From the IMG/VR virus record IMGVR_UViG_3300034106_006066, positions 1 through 60,896 of that record: a stretch of 60,896 nt of DNA. The stretch is one strand, 5' to 3'. Below are positions 1 through 9,081 of the stretch, piece by piece; within the stretch, counting starts at the first letter, position 1; the number at the start of each line of letters is the position of its first letter. Source of the stretch: a virus. Its lineage: Duplodnaviria; Caudoviricetes. The translations under genes and the position numbers were made by a program. Below the pieces are notes generated by a model. That model was given only the letters and a program-made list of their open reading frames with translations, was not told the DNA's origin and ran no database searches.

Positions 1-170
1 TGAGTAATAGAAGTTTATTCGGAGTTTGTGGAGGATTAGCGAACTATACCGGAATTGATGTTAGCTTAATAAGGATCTTATTTGTTTTTGGTGCAATTTT
101 TACTGGTAGTATTGTGCTATGGATTTATTTGTTAATGGCTCTTGTGTTGCCAAACGACGAAAAAAACTGA
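1..170 (+). CDS. pspC: PspC-domain membrane protein (5'-truncated by window)
   Basis: Frame from nt 3 reads SNRSLFGVCGGLANYTGIDVSLIRILFVFGAIFTGSIVLWIYLLMALVLP, stop TGA 168-170; GVCGGLA motif plus TM helix is the PspC signature. Not in ORF track. Confidence 0.85.
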   Translation, partial: SNRSLFGVCGGLANYTGIDVSLIRILFVFGAIFTGSIVLWIYLLMALVLPNDEKN

Positions 171-199
171 CAGCGTTCAAAAAAAATCAAGTTTGGGTA

Positions 200-227
200 T
201 TGACAACGCCGATACAAAGGATACAAT
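200..227 (+). promoter_or_regulatory. sigma70-type early promoter
   Basis: TTGACA(200-205)-N16-TACAAT(222-227); CCGATA in spacer; AAAAATCAAGT upstream. Confidence 0.65.
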
Positions 228-305
228 AAGGATACAAAGCAGGAATGATTGGTCGCGTGACCAAATCTTGCTGAGTAAGTTTGGATATTGAATTGGAGGT
301 TGATT

Positions 306-587
306 ATGGCTGATGTAACTACTATTGATAAGCAGAAGCGTGTTCGTTGCTCTGATGAGCAGTTTCTTGAAGCGGTATTTTCTTCTAAGACTTATGCTGA
401 AATTGCGGCTAAGACTGGTCAGAAGATTGCTAGTACGATGGCTCGTTATGCTCGTACAAAGGCGGCTCTGGCTAAGAAGGGTATGGAACTTCCTAGCATG
501 GAACGTGCAAAGCCAACCAAGACAGTTGATAATGTCGAGGCTATGGCAGAGGTTGTTCGTCGCCTCAAGGCTCACGCCAACGGTTGA
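306..587 (+). CDS. small basic HTH-like DNA-binding protein
   Basis: GGAGG RBS at 295-299 before ATG 306; KTYAEIAAKTGQKIAST is HTH-like. Confidence 0.6.
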   Translation: MADVTTIDKQKRVRCSDEQFLEAVFSSKTYAEIAAKTGQKIASTMARYARTKAALAKKGMELPSMERAKPTKTVDNVEAMAEVVRRLKAHANG

Positions 588-685
588 TTTTAAAAACCTA
601 AAGCAACAGACCATATCATTTAAACTAGTGAGGCACACAATCTAATCAACCTCATGATTTTACTTGATATGGTTTTGTTGTTTAT

Positions 686-964
686 GGGAGCATAGCCCAA
701 TTAGGCAGAGGCAATGGACTTTTTTCGTTAATTTGAGTGCTTAGGAGGAAACCCCTAAAGTAGAATCGCTTAAATTCGGTGAAGGCTTAACTGCTAATAC
801 CGAGCCAAATCTGAGTAATCAGAAAGGTGTAGAGACTAAACAGGCGATACCTAAAACTAATTAGTAATGGTAAAGATATAGTCCAGACCACAAACAGTAA
901 TGGTAGTGAAAACTATAGTGGTACGAAAATCCATCAAGTGAGGGTTCGATCCCCTCTGCTCCTA
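686..964 (+). tRNA. trnL: tRNA-Leu(UAA), intron-split (exons 686-721 and 926-964), short variable loop, no encoded CCA
   Basis: Acceptor GGGAGCA/TGCTCCT + A; anticodon stem ATGGA/TCCAT with loop CTT^AAAA; T arm GAGGG-TTCGATC-CCCTC. Confidence 0.9.
722..925 (+). ncRNA. group I self-splicing intron (IC3/trnL-like), no ORF
   Basis: P AAATTCGGTGAA (772), Q AATACCGAGC (796), R TGTAGAGACTA (828), S AAGATATAGTCC (873), terminal G925; IGS GAGT (735-738) pairs exon ACTT with U.G at the splice site. Confidence 0.92.
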
Positions 965-991
965 TTATTTTTAATTTAAGGATAATGAACT

Positions 992-1327
992 ATGAACCCC
1001 AACTCAAATCCGTTAGACTATCTTATTCAGTGTTGTGAGGATGCTTCTAATACTGGGTATTGGAAATTGACTAAGTTTAATATTCTTAATGCTAAAGACG
1101 AACTGAAAAGATTGCGTCAAAAATTAGCAGACTCTTATCAGGAACTATTTAATTGTAACCAAGACTATGTAGAAGAACTTAATAAAAATCTCGACTATAA
1201 AGAAGTTGCCTGGGCCAGAATTAATGAAAGAGGCGACCTTTTTGATCTGAGACTACAAAAAAATCCACATCTTGATCCTAACACAATTATTCCTCTCTAT
1301 AGGTTAGACAATGGTAGCAATGCCTAA
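992..1327 (+). CDS. hypothetical phage protein
   Basis: ORF with AAGGA RBS; no recognised motif. Confidence 0.7.
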   Translation: MNPNSNPLDYLIQCCEDASNTGYWKLTKFNILNAKDELKRLRQKLADSYQELFNCNQDYVEELNKNLDYKEVAWARINERGDLFDLRLQKNPHLDPNTIIPLYRLDNGSNA

Positions 1328-1646
1328 TAGGTTTTATAGAGGCATCGTTGAAAGTAAGCCAGATTTCCCACATCCTAATTTTAGATTTATTCTAGTTGAT
1401 ACTGTAAAAGAAATTCAGGATGAAAACGGAAATTGGTATACTGATTCTTTTGAGTTCTATGAAGATTATCTGCTTCATAATTATGAACTTAGCGATGTAT
1501 TTTATGGGGTATATGCTTCGTATCATATTGACGATGTAAGGTCTGGATTAAAAATTACAGAAACAGAAAGTTTATCTCAAGCAATAAATATTGCTCAAGA
1601 AATTATGGGTAATACCATAGAAGAAGCCAAAGTAAATTTGTCATGA
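1311..1646 (+). CDS. hypothetical phage protein
   Basis: ORF overlapping both neighbours; alternative start at 1320. Confidence 0.7.
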   Translation: MVAMPNRFYRGIVESKPDFPHPNFRFILVDTVKEIQDENGNWYTDSFEFYEDYLLHNYELSDVFYGVYASYHIDDVRSGLKITETESLSQAINIAQEIMGNTIEEAKVNLS

Positions 1647-2173
1647 TAAATAAAACTTATCAGATAGATTATAGTGATTGGTTTGATGAGGGTGGATATT
1701 GTCAAGTTTATCCCATTAAAAATAATCCTAAGTTAGTTTTTAAAGAATTTTATAACAAAAAACGAGCAATCAAAGCACTAAGCAATCAAAAGAAATTAGC
1801 AAAGTTTGATTTGGCTCCAGAAGTTTATACTTCAGTTTGTAAACTAAAGTTTGCCAAAGATGAAAATGTGCTATATCATCCTGTTAGCGATTGGGGATAT
1901 GTTACAGAGTTTGCTAAAACTTTTAAGGCAAATACTGGTATTAGTATGATGCAGATTCAGCGTCTAGTTGATGATATTCTTAATAAAACCGGTCTTAAAT
2001 TTTGGGATTGTCATTGGTATAATATCGGTATGGTTAAGAGAAATAATAAAAAGCACATTGTTTGTATAGATACTGGGAGTGAAAGTTTTGAGGGTCACTC
2101 TAATGCCTGGGGATATTCTACTCCTGGGCCGAAATGTTGCTATTGTTATAAATACGAATGTAAGTGTGGCTAA
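1643..2173 (+). CDS. minimal protein-kinase-like (PKL fold) protein with C-terminal Cys cluster
   Basis: EGGYCQVY Gly-loop, VFK lysine, WDCHWYN catalytic loop, CIDTG, tail CCYCYKYECKC. Confidence 0.7.
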   Translation: MINKTYQIDYSDWFDEGGYCQVYPIKNNPKLVFKEFYNKKRAIKALSNQKKLAKFDLAPEVYTSVCKLKFAKDENVLYHPVSDWGYVTEFAKTFKANTGISMMQIQRLVDDILNKTGLKFWDCHWYNIGMVKRNNKKHIVCIDTGSESFEGHSNAWGYSTPGPKCCYCYKYECKCG

Positions 2174-2185
2174 CATTATCTTTAT

Positions 2186-2200
2186 GGTGTATATTTAAAT
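2186..2200 (+). promoter_or_regulatory. putative phage-specific promoter motif GGTGTAT (recurs at 12712, 13055, 34431, 40671, 47283, 51337 and on - strand at 11873-11879)
   Basis: RGTGTAT followed by an AT-rich tract, 28-77 nt upstream of start codons, on the gene's own strand. Confidence 0.55.
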
Positions 2201-2238
2201 GAGATAATATTGACTTATACTATAAAAGGAGACTATCT

Positions 2239-2580
2239 ATGTCACGAGATTTTGATGATATTTACAAAAAAATAGATCAATCTCACAAAGAATTATATAA
2301 GCAAGATAGTGCTATATCAAGAGATATTTCTAATATAGATAAAAATCAAGAAAAAATTCTATCAGAAATTAAGGACTTAAAAAAAGAAGTAAAAAACATA
2401 GGATTCAAAGTAGATATGATGCTAGAAATACTAAATAATTTTACTATTATGCTAGCAGAAGAGGGCGAAGAAGATGAAGATACTTATGAATTTGATAGCG
2501 GTGATACTTGGGTTCCTAAAGATAGTGAAGATGAAGAAGATGCAGAAGACGATTGGAGTAATAGAGAGGATGAAAGTTAA
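2239..2580 (+). CDS. coiled-coil protein with acidic tail
   Basis: AAGGAG RBS; heptad pattern then D/E-rich C-terminus. Confidence 0.75.
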   Translation: MSRDFDDIYKKIDQSHKELYKQDSAISRDISNIDKNQEKILSEIKDLKKEVKNIGFKVDMMLEILNNFTIMLAEEGEEDEDTYEFDSGDTWVPKDSEDEEDAEDDWSNREDES

Positions 2581-2831
2581 TGGCTGGTTTAGCATTAATT
2601 GCTTCATTAGTAGTTTTATCAACAATATTAATTGGGCCACTAGCATATCTTTTATCTAGATTAAATTTTCCAGCATCTATAGTATATGTTTTATCTATAT
2701 TATCTATTATTAACGGAATATGGTTTATTGCTATAGGATTACCAATATGGTACATTGGGATGGTTCCAATATATTTTGGATATATCAGCATACAGAGAGT
2801 TAATAGACGACGCTCAGAAAAATTCAAGTAA
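2580..2831 (+). CDS. small multi-pass membrane protein
   Basis: TAATG coupling; about three hydrophobic segments, basic tail. Confidence 0.7.
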   Translation: MAGLALIASLVVLSTILIGPLAYLLSRLNFPASIVYVLSILSIINGIWFIAIGLPIWYIGMVPIYFGYISIQRVNRRRSEKFK

Positions 2832-2837
2832 CCGACG

Positions 2838-2865
2838 TTGACAACCGATAAACGTATGGTATGAT
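2838..2865 (+). promoter_or_regulatory. sigma70-type early promoter for rIIA
   Basis: TTGACA-N16-TATGAT with TG extension; CCGATA in spacer; AAAATTCAAGT upstream. Confidence 0.7.
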
Positions 2866-2909
2866 GGAGTAACACAGGGAACGATTCACAGGACTTTTGG
2901 AGAAATATA

Positions 2910-5582
2910 ATGAAATTGGCAGATAGGACGGTTGAGGTTCATAGTGCTGGGATTAACAGCACTAATCAGTTTAGTATTGCTCAGACCAGCAAAATGTTTA
3001 AGATTCTTTCGGATTCTCTATATTCCGACAAGGTGATGGCTGTTATTAGAGAACTAGCCACAAATGCTTATGATAGTCATATTAGTGCTGGCAATAAGAA
3101 TCCTTTCTTGGTAAAGTTGCCCACATCTGCTGATCCTAATTTTACCGTGCGTGATTATGGCACTGGTCTTAGTCAGGTCGATATGGAGAGTCTGTATACT
3201 ACCTATGGTGCTAGTAACAAGAATAATAGTAATGACTTTGTGGGTTGTCTTGGTCTAGGCTCTAAGAGTCCTTTTGCTTATACTAAGAGTTTTACCACAA
3301 CATCGTATTTTGATGGTAAGCAGTATACTTATATTGCCGCTATTGATGATAGTGGTGTTCCTACCCTAAACCTTATTCATAGTTGTGATACCAGTGAGCC
3401 TAATGGTCTAGAAATTAGTTTTGCTGTTAAGCAGCACGATTTCCATGAGTTTAGTCAAAAGGCTGTTAGAATTTTCCACTACTTTAAGATGAAGCCTATT
3501 ATTAGTGGAGGCGTTAATTGGAATTTTGAGCAAGAATATAGTAGTCGAAATGTTGTTATTGATGGTGAAGGTTGGAGGGTTTGTCGTCTAAACAACCAAC
3601 TATTCCCTAATCAACATCATCGTATTAATAGTGGCGTTGTTGCTATCATGGGTAATATCGCCTACCCTGTTCAAACAGAACATTTGATTGGGGAAGAAAA
3701 GGCCGAAACCCCGGATCATATTGCTAAGTGGAACCGAGCCTTTAATAAGGCGGATATTGCCTCTTGGAAGAGTTTTGTTGGAGAAATTATTCATCAAAAT
3801 CTTTATCTAGAACTAGATTTTGGTATTGGTGAACTTGAGATGGATGTTAGTCGTGAGGGTCTACAGTATACTAAGGGTGTAATTAAGGCTCTTAGAGACA
3901 AGACCCAGGATATTTTCCTAGAACTCAAACAGAATTTTAGCGATAAGATTGCTACTGCTAAAACTAAAGTAGAAGCAATTATGACATATTACCAGATGAA
4001 TGATCTGGCTGGCGGATGGGGAGTTGGTGCTTCGTGGACTGATTCTAATAATAAGGTTCACAGTATCAATTCTGGTAATGATCTTGAATATAAACTCAAG
4101 AAGAGCAAGAATCTGTATGTGTTTAATTATCGTACAGCGGGCTATCGTTCTCGCAGGATGGTTTATCTAACAGATAAAATTCATCATGAAACTCTTACTG
4201 GTAAAGGCCAAAATTATTGGAACAATGCTAGAAAGAATGGAAACATGGCTTTTTTCTGGTGTGATATTGCAGCAACAGAAACAGCAAAGAAAATTGTAAC
4301 TAAGTATTGCAATGAGAATGATTGTTTTGCATACTTGATGGTTGATACTGAAGATCATAAGGATGTTATTAATGGATTTGATAGTCTAGTCGAAGATGTT
4401 GGGGACTCTAGTATCCTTAATGTGTCAGACTATCGTGATCTTATCAAGTCAAGTCCTAAAAAGAGAAACTCTGTTGATAGTAAAGGTAGCGTGAGCGATC
4501 AAGATGTATTTCTGATTATTGGAGACAATAAGAATACAGATCCTCTTACTATTGAGTATAACGATGCTGTTTATATGCGTAGTCTAAAAACTGATAGACT
4601 AGATGAGTTTGTTGAAGAGGATGAGATTGTATATATTCCTATTCTAAGGTATAAGGCTACAGATAACTATCCAAGTATTAGTGCTTTGAATCGTTGGTCA
4701 AATAATGATACATACAAGGGTCTAATTAAGGATTTGTTTGAGGGTGTCAATATCTATGCGATCAAGCAATCCTCAATTAAGAATCTTGAGAAGGACGGTC
4801 TAAATTTGGTAGACTTTAATACTTTTATGAAGCGTAGACTCCAGCATCTTAATCAGAACAAGTTTGGCGACTTGACCAAATATAATGATATGGTAGAGAA
4901 AGCTCGCAAAGAGTATAGTACTGACGATGGTATGGATCATCATTATAATACAGGCTTTATCGACCGCCAGTTTCTATTCCATATTTTGAATATGTTTGGT
5001 CTTGAATACAAGAAGTATATCAACAATCAAAATGTAGTAGATGTTGTAGACAAACTGTTGGTATTAGAATTCTTTGTAGATACTATGCACAGAGATTCTT
5101 TTGATATTACCAGATTCAAAGCAACAGACTATTTTGGTCTTATGACTCAACTATTAAGTAATATGGGTATTAATGGTCTAGATAGTAAAAAGATCAAAGA
5201 GACTAATGTGATGTATAACAATGTTCTAATAATGCTCAATCAACTATATAACGGTACTGATGAGCATGGTAGGGCTGTCAATAATAGTGATGAATATTCT
5301 AAACTACTCAAGCAAGAAAATGGCAAGGGTGTAGAGTTGGTTAGTATCAAGACATTAAGAGAAAATATTAAGACGGAACTTGACAAGAACCCCTTGTTCA
5401 AGTATATTATGGGAGTTGCTCCGGTGCAGGGTAATTTGAGACATCTTCATGCTAACACCAACCCTCTAAGGGAATTAGATTCTAACCATAGTTATAGGTA
5501 TGGTAGTACTAAGAGTAAATGGTTGACTAGTCTAAATGATGTGGAGTCATTTAGAATTCAAATGGGTAATGTAATTGGTTGA
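2910..5582 (+). CDS. rIIA: RIIA-like protein (N-terminal GHKL/Hsp90-type ATPase)
   Basis: KMFKILSDSLYSDK..IRELATNAYDSH, RDYGTGL, GCLGLGSKSPFAY, SREGL; followed by an rIIB-like gene. Confidence 0.88.
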   Translation: MKLADRTVEVHSAGINSTNQFSIAQTSKMFKILSDSLYSDKVMAVIRELATNAYDSHISAGNKNPFLVKLPTSADPNFTVRDYGTGLSQVDMESLYTTYGASNKNNSNDFVGCLGLGSKSPFAYTKSFTTTSYFDGKQYTYIAAIDDSGVPTLNLIHSCDTSEPNGLEISFAVKQHDFHEFSQKAVRIFHYFKMKPIISGGVNWNFEQEYSSRNVVIDGEGWRVCRLNNQLFPNQHHRINSGVVAIMGNIAYPVQTEHLIGEEKAETPDHIAKWNRAFNKADIASWKSFVGEIIHQNLYLELDFGIGELEMDVSREGLQYTKGVIKALRDKTQDIFLELKQNFSDKIATAKTKVEAIMTYYQMNDLAGGWGVGASWTDSNNKVHSINSGNDLEYKLKKSKNLYVFNYRTAGYRSRRMVYLTDKIHHETLTGKGQNYWNNARKNGNMAFFWCDIAATETAKKIVTKYCNENDCFAYLMVDTEDHKDVINGFDSLVEDVGDSSILNVSDYRDLIKSSPKKRNSVDSKGSVSDQDVFLIIGDNKNTDPLTIEYNDAVYMRSLKTDRLDEFVEEDEIVYIPILRYKATDNYPSISALNRWSNNDTYKGLIKDLFEGVNIYAIKQSSIKNLEKDGLNLVDFNTFMKRRLQHLNQNKFGDLTKYNDMVEKARKEYSTDDGMDHHYNTGFIDRQFLFHILNMFGLEYKKYINNQNVVDVVDKLLVLEFFVDTMHRDSFDITRFKATDYFGLMTQLLSNMGINGLDSKKIKETNVMYNNVLIMLNQLYNGTDEHGRAVNNSDEYSKLLKQENGKGVELVSIKTLRENIKTELDKNPLFKYIMGVAPVQGNLRHLHANTNPLRELDSNHSYRYGSTKSKWLTSLNDVESFRIQMGNVIG

Positions 5583-5609
5583 TTTCACAGGTAAACAAGG
5601 AGATAGATA

Positions 5610-6470
5610 ATGAGTGTTCCTTTTATGTGGGTTGATGGAAATCTGACACTGGTTCTTAATAATAGAACCTATCAGGTTCTTCCAGATCATATTAACTACA
5701 AGATGATTCTTGAGGCATTGCCTAGTGCGACTGCTGATGAACTTCTTGAAATTGTAGATGTCGAAAAGGCTGTTAGCACTTTTAGTGATGGTCTTGTAGA
5801 GATTAAGAATGGTAAGGTTATGTACGAGGGCGAGGAGGTTCATGGAAGTATCAGTAAGAGGATTCTTGAGTTTATGAGCAAGGGTCTACCTTTCCAGCCT
5901 CTTGTTAATTTCCTTAATAATCTGATGGAAAATCCTAGTATGCAGAGTCAAAAGGAATTGTATGATTTCCTTGAGCATGAGCATCTGCCTATTACTGAGG
6001 ATGGTCATTTTCTAGCCTATAAGGCTGTTAGGAATGATTTTAAGGATAAGTATCGTGGAACTTTTGACAATAGTGTTGGTCAAATTGTTAAAATGCAGCG
6101 AGCCAAGGTTGACGATGATAGAGCCAGAGGATGTTCTGATGGTCTTCATGCTGGTGCATTGAATTATGTTGCTGGTTATGGTAGTCTTGAGAATGGTGAT
6201 AAGATTGTGATCGTTAAGATTAATCCTAGTGATGTTGTTAGTGTTCCAAGTGATTGTAATTGTGAGAAACTTCGCACTTGCCGATATGAAGTAGTCGGAG
6301 AGTATCAAGGCGAACTTCTCAAGCCTCTTTATTCAGCCTCTTTTACTGAGGATGAGTATAGTGAAGATGATGAAGATGATTATAATACCCTTGACGAAAG
6401 TTATTGGGATCAGTTTGACGAGGAAGATGAAGAAGAGGATTTTGAGGAGGATTATGACGATCAGTATTGA
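5610..6470 (+). CDS. rIIB: RIIB-like protein
   Basis: LYDFLEH..PITEDGHFLAYKAV, CSDGLH, KINPSDVVSVP.D...KLRTCRYEVV. Confidence 0.88.
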   Translation: MSVPFMWVDGNLTLVLNNRTYQVLPDHINYKMILEALPSATADELLEIVDVEKAVSTFSDGLVEIKNGKVMYEGEEVHGSISKRILEFMSKGLPFQPLVNFLNNLMENPSMQSQKELYDFLEHEHLPITEDGHFLAYKAVRNDFKDKYRGTFDNSVGQIVKMQRAKVDDDRARGCSDGLHAGALNYVAGYGSLENGDKIVIVKINPSDVVSVPSDCNCEKLRTCRYEVVGEYQGELLKPLYSASFTEDEYSEDDEDDYNTLDESYWDQFDEEDEEEDFEEDYDDQY

Positions 6471-6475
6471 TCGTT

Positions 6476-6538
6476 AAAGTGAAAGTCTGGTGACTCAATA
6501 GAATACTATTGTGATGGTTCGATTCCATCACCACTTTT
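6476..6538 (+). ncRNA. tRNA-like cloverleaf lacking a 7-nt anticodon loop
   Basis: AAAGTG/CACTTT; AGTC-TGGT-GACT; AATAG-AATA-CTATT; GTGATGG-TTCGATT-CCATCAC; all four stems Watson-Crick perfect. Confidence 0.55.
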
Positions 6539-6606
6539 ATATTGATAATGATAGCAGAGGTTGCTGTCCCAATATTTAGGAATAATTGAAAGAAACAGGA
6601 CATATT

Positions 6607-7821
6607 ATGTTTAGCGATAATTTAGGATTCAATCCGTTTGATCATAAACTTTCCCCTCACGGCAAAATGTATGTTAGGCCAAGAGAAAAGTTTTTAGACT
6701 CTTTTGGTATCAAACACATCTTTTGCTATAATGGAGATCCTAGAAAAAAGATTAGTAGTATGAATCATACTAATCGACTAGTTGAGGCTACAGAAGCAAA
6801 TGTGAAGAAAAATTCTGATGTTTATTTTTATGTTAATGGTGGGCGAAAACTATATGCCATTAACAACTTTACCTGTTGCTTCTGTGATATGGATGCTGGG
6901 CGAGACAATGAGGGCAAGTATTTTAAGCCTAGCGTTGTAATGCAAAAGAAGAAGGGTTTTCTAAAAACTATCAACGAGTTTCCAGTAGCACCTAGTTGGG
7001 TTGTAGATACTCGTAATGGTTATCAGTGCTATTGGCTTTTTGATGAACAATCAGTAAAAATGATTGGTAAAAATAAAACGTTCTGGAACGGTCTACAGAA
7101 GAAACTTGTCAACTATTTTGGTGGTGATCCAAGAGCGATTAAAGCCAATCAGATTTATCGAGTTCCTTATACTTGGTGGAGGAAAGGTTGGGAAGGTAAG
7201 CAACCTTATTTTACTAGTATTCTTAGTGGCTCAACTGGTAATCCAATTAATGTTGCTGATCTAAAGAGTGCCTTAACGGGTCAACCAGCAAACATTAGTA
7301 TTGTTCCAGAGAAATGCAGCGACGAATGGTATAAGGGCTATGCGACTGCGTATAAGCAATCTGATGAAACTGGCATCCCAGTATCGACCGAGGTTGCTAA
7401 ACAGATTCTAAATGATCTTCAAAACAAAAAGAGTTATGGAGTCATAGATCAAGCCAAGTATTTACTCAATAATATTATGGGTTGTGGTCAGAAGAATAGT
7501 CAACAAAATATTAAATATGATCTAGTTGATGATTCCGAAGAAGAGGATATTCTTTGTTCCGAACTTGCTCAGAATGAGGTAGACGACGAGACTGATTCAA
7601 TCGACACTACCTTGCCCCACGAAGGATCGTGTCACAAGCGTCAGGAAGCGTCAGGCGATGATGTTTTAAGTCTAGACGGTGAGCAGACTAGACTTTTAAA
7701 AACCGTCGTGGAGTTCCTTAATCAAGTAAGCACCCCACTCTATTTTAGTAACAACAGATTCCTATCTTCGTCCGCTAAAGAGTTGGCGAATAAACTTAGC
7801 GATCATTTTTGTATTGGTTAA
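6607..7821 (+). CDS. RepB-like DNA primase/primpol-domain protein
   Basis: DVYFYVN, FCDMD, PSWVVDTRNGYQCYW, D....IYRVP motifs; ATG 6607 preferred. Confidence 0.65.
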   Translation: MFSDNLGFNPFDHKLSPHGKMYVRPREKFLDSFGIKHIFCYNGDPRKKISSMNHTNRLVEATEANVKKNSDVYFYVNGGRKLYAINNFTCCFCDMDAGRDNEGKYFKPSVVMQKKKGFLKTINEFPVAPSWVVDTRNGYQCYWLFDEQSVKMIGKNKTFWNGLQKKLVNYFGGDPRAIKANQIYRVPYTWWRKGWEGKQPYFTSILSGSTGNPINVADLKSALTGQPANISIVPEKCSDEWYKGYATAYKQSDETGIPVSTEVAKQILNDLQNKKSYGVIDQAKYLLNNIMGCGQKNSQQNIKYDLVDDSEEEDILCSELAQNEVDDETDSIDTTLPHEGSCHKRQEASGDDVLSLDGEQTRLLKTVVEFLNQVSTPLYFSNNRFLSSSAKELANKLSDHFCIG

Positions 7822-7823
7822 AA

Positions 7824-8243
7824 ATGCACGAATCATACGATGATAACGAAGAGGATTATGATGACTATAACTATGATGATGTGCCAAAAGATCCATACAA
7901 ATGGTATTATAAATTCGACGTTGGGCCAGACAATCCTGTTTCTAAATGGCTTGATGATCTAATTAATGATTTTATTAAGAATCCTCCTAGTGACTATAAC
8001 ATAGTTAGTATTCCCGGTTTTTATGAGAAGAAGTTTCCTGTGAATAGTTGGAATCCCAATACTGATAAGGGTAATTCCTTACAGTATTTGGGGTCCAATT
8101 ATCAAAACTCTCCTATCTGGAAAAAGAAATATTTTGTAGTTGACAAAATTAATAATGAGTATAAGCTACACTTACAGGATCATGTTATGCACTTTGTTAT
8201 GCAGCCTTACTACTACAAAGGGTTGTTTGATATACTTAACTAA
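7824..8243 (+). CDS. hypothetical protein, acidic N-terminus
   Basis: ORF; ATG 7824 immediately after upstream stop. Confidence 0.7.
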   Translation: MHESYDDNEEDYDDYNYDDVPKDPYKWYYKFDVGPDNPVSKWLDDLINDFIKNPPSDYNIVSIPGFYEKKFPVNSWNPNTDKGNSLQYLGSNYQNSPIWKKKYFVVDKINNEYKLHLQDHVMHFVMQPYYYKGLFDILN

Positions 8244-8255
8244 ATAGGATATTAT

Positions 8256-8681
8256 ATGAAAAAAAAGGACTGGTTTGTAATAAATAATTTGGAGGAATTT
8301 ATTAATACTACTAGATCTTTAGTATTTAATAATTTTGGTAAATCTAATGAGTCTTCTATAGATCTTTTGATGGAAGAAGTTCCGACGGAAGAGTTGGACG
8401 AATTCAATTCTGTTTTATCATATGATGAGTCTCTCACTATAGCCAAAGAGATTTTAAAGACACAAATAAATAAAAAGACCTCAGAAAAAAGATATTTAGT
8501 TTCTGATTCTTCATATATGACATTAGTAGAGTCTTTAAATGCAAGAATGGTTGGCAATATACTTAACAATTTAGTAAACAAAGGGCTGGTTGAAACAGCG
8601 TTTGATGAACAATCTAATGACTTTATTTTTTGGTGTGTAGAAAATGAATCAGACAAAAATCAAAATCCAGAAACCGATTGA
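8256..8681 (+). CDS. hypothetical protein (winged-helix-like C-terminus)
   Basis: ILNNLVNKGLVETAFD pattern; AGGA RBS. Confidence 0.7.
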   Translation: MKKKDWFVINNLEEFINTTRSLVFNNFGKSNESSIDLLMEEVPTEELDEFNSVLSYDESLTIAKEILKTQINKKTSEKRYLVSDSSYMTLVESLNARMVGNILNNLVNKGLVETAFDEQSNDFIFWCVENESDKNQNPETD

Positions 8682-9081
8682 AATAGATGCTCATCTAAAA
8701 TATAGATGTCATAAATGTGGTTGGGATCATTGGGTTTCTTTGAATCAATCAAAAACAAAAAATTACAAGGTGGTGTGTGATTGTGGGACTGTATTTAGTC
8801 CTAAAAGAATAAAAAATTTAACTATAAATTATAGAATCCGCAAAAAGAAAATAGAAAGCATCAGTCAAAATACAGAAACTATTATTGTAGATCAAGTCCA
8901 GCACATAAAACATTCGATCAATTCAGAAACTCTAGAAAAATGCTCTTTGCTATTAATAAAATACGGATTTACAAAAGCAGAAGCAAAGAATTTGATTACA
9001 GATAGTTACAATAAAATTGGATCAGATAATATTAGCGTATTATTTAAAGATATTTTACAGTCTATTGGAGATAAAAAATGA
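8644..9081 (+). CDS. Zn-ribbon protein fused to RuvA C-terminal (domain III)-like helix bundle
   Basis: CHKC...CDC N-terminal Zn ribbon; C-terminal LLIKYGFTKAEAKNLI...ISVLFKDILQ resembles RuvA-CTD; ATGA overlap with ruvB. Confidence 0.6.
   Translation: MNQTKIKIQKPIEIDAHLKYRCHKCGWDHWVSLNQSKTKNYKVVCDCGTVFSPKRIKNLTINYRIRKKKIESISQNTETIIVDQVQHIKHSINSETLEKCSLLLIKYGFTKAEAKNLITDSYNKIGSDNISVLFKDILQSIGDKK

Noticed and set aside
6476-6538. Functional decoding tRNA
   Set aside because: 4-nt loop in place of the anticodon loop and 6-bp acceptor; kept only as a tRNA-like element.
177-8656. Antisense and overlapping ORFs such as 177-638, 325-645, 2516-2875 and 8252-8656
   Set aside because: Overlap better-supported + strand genes; no recognisable motifs.
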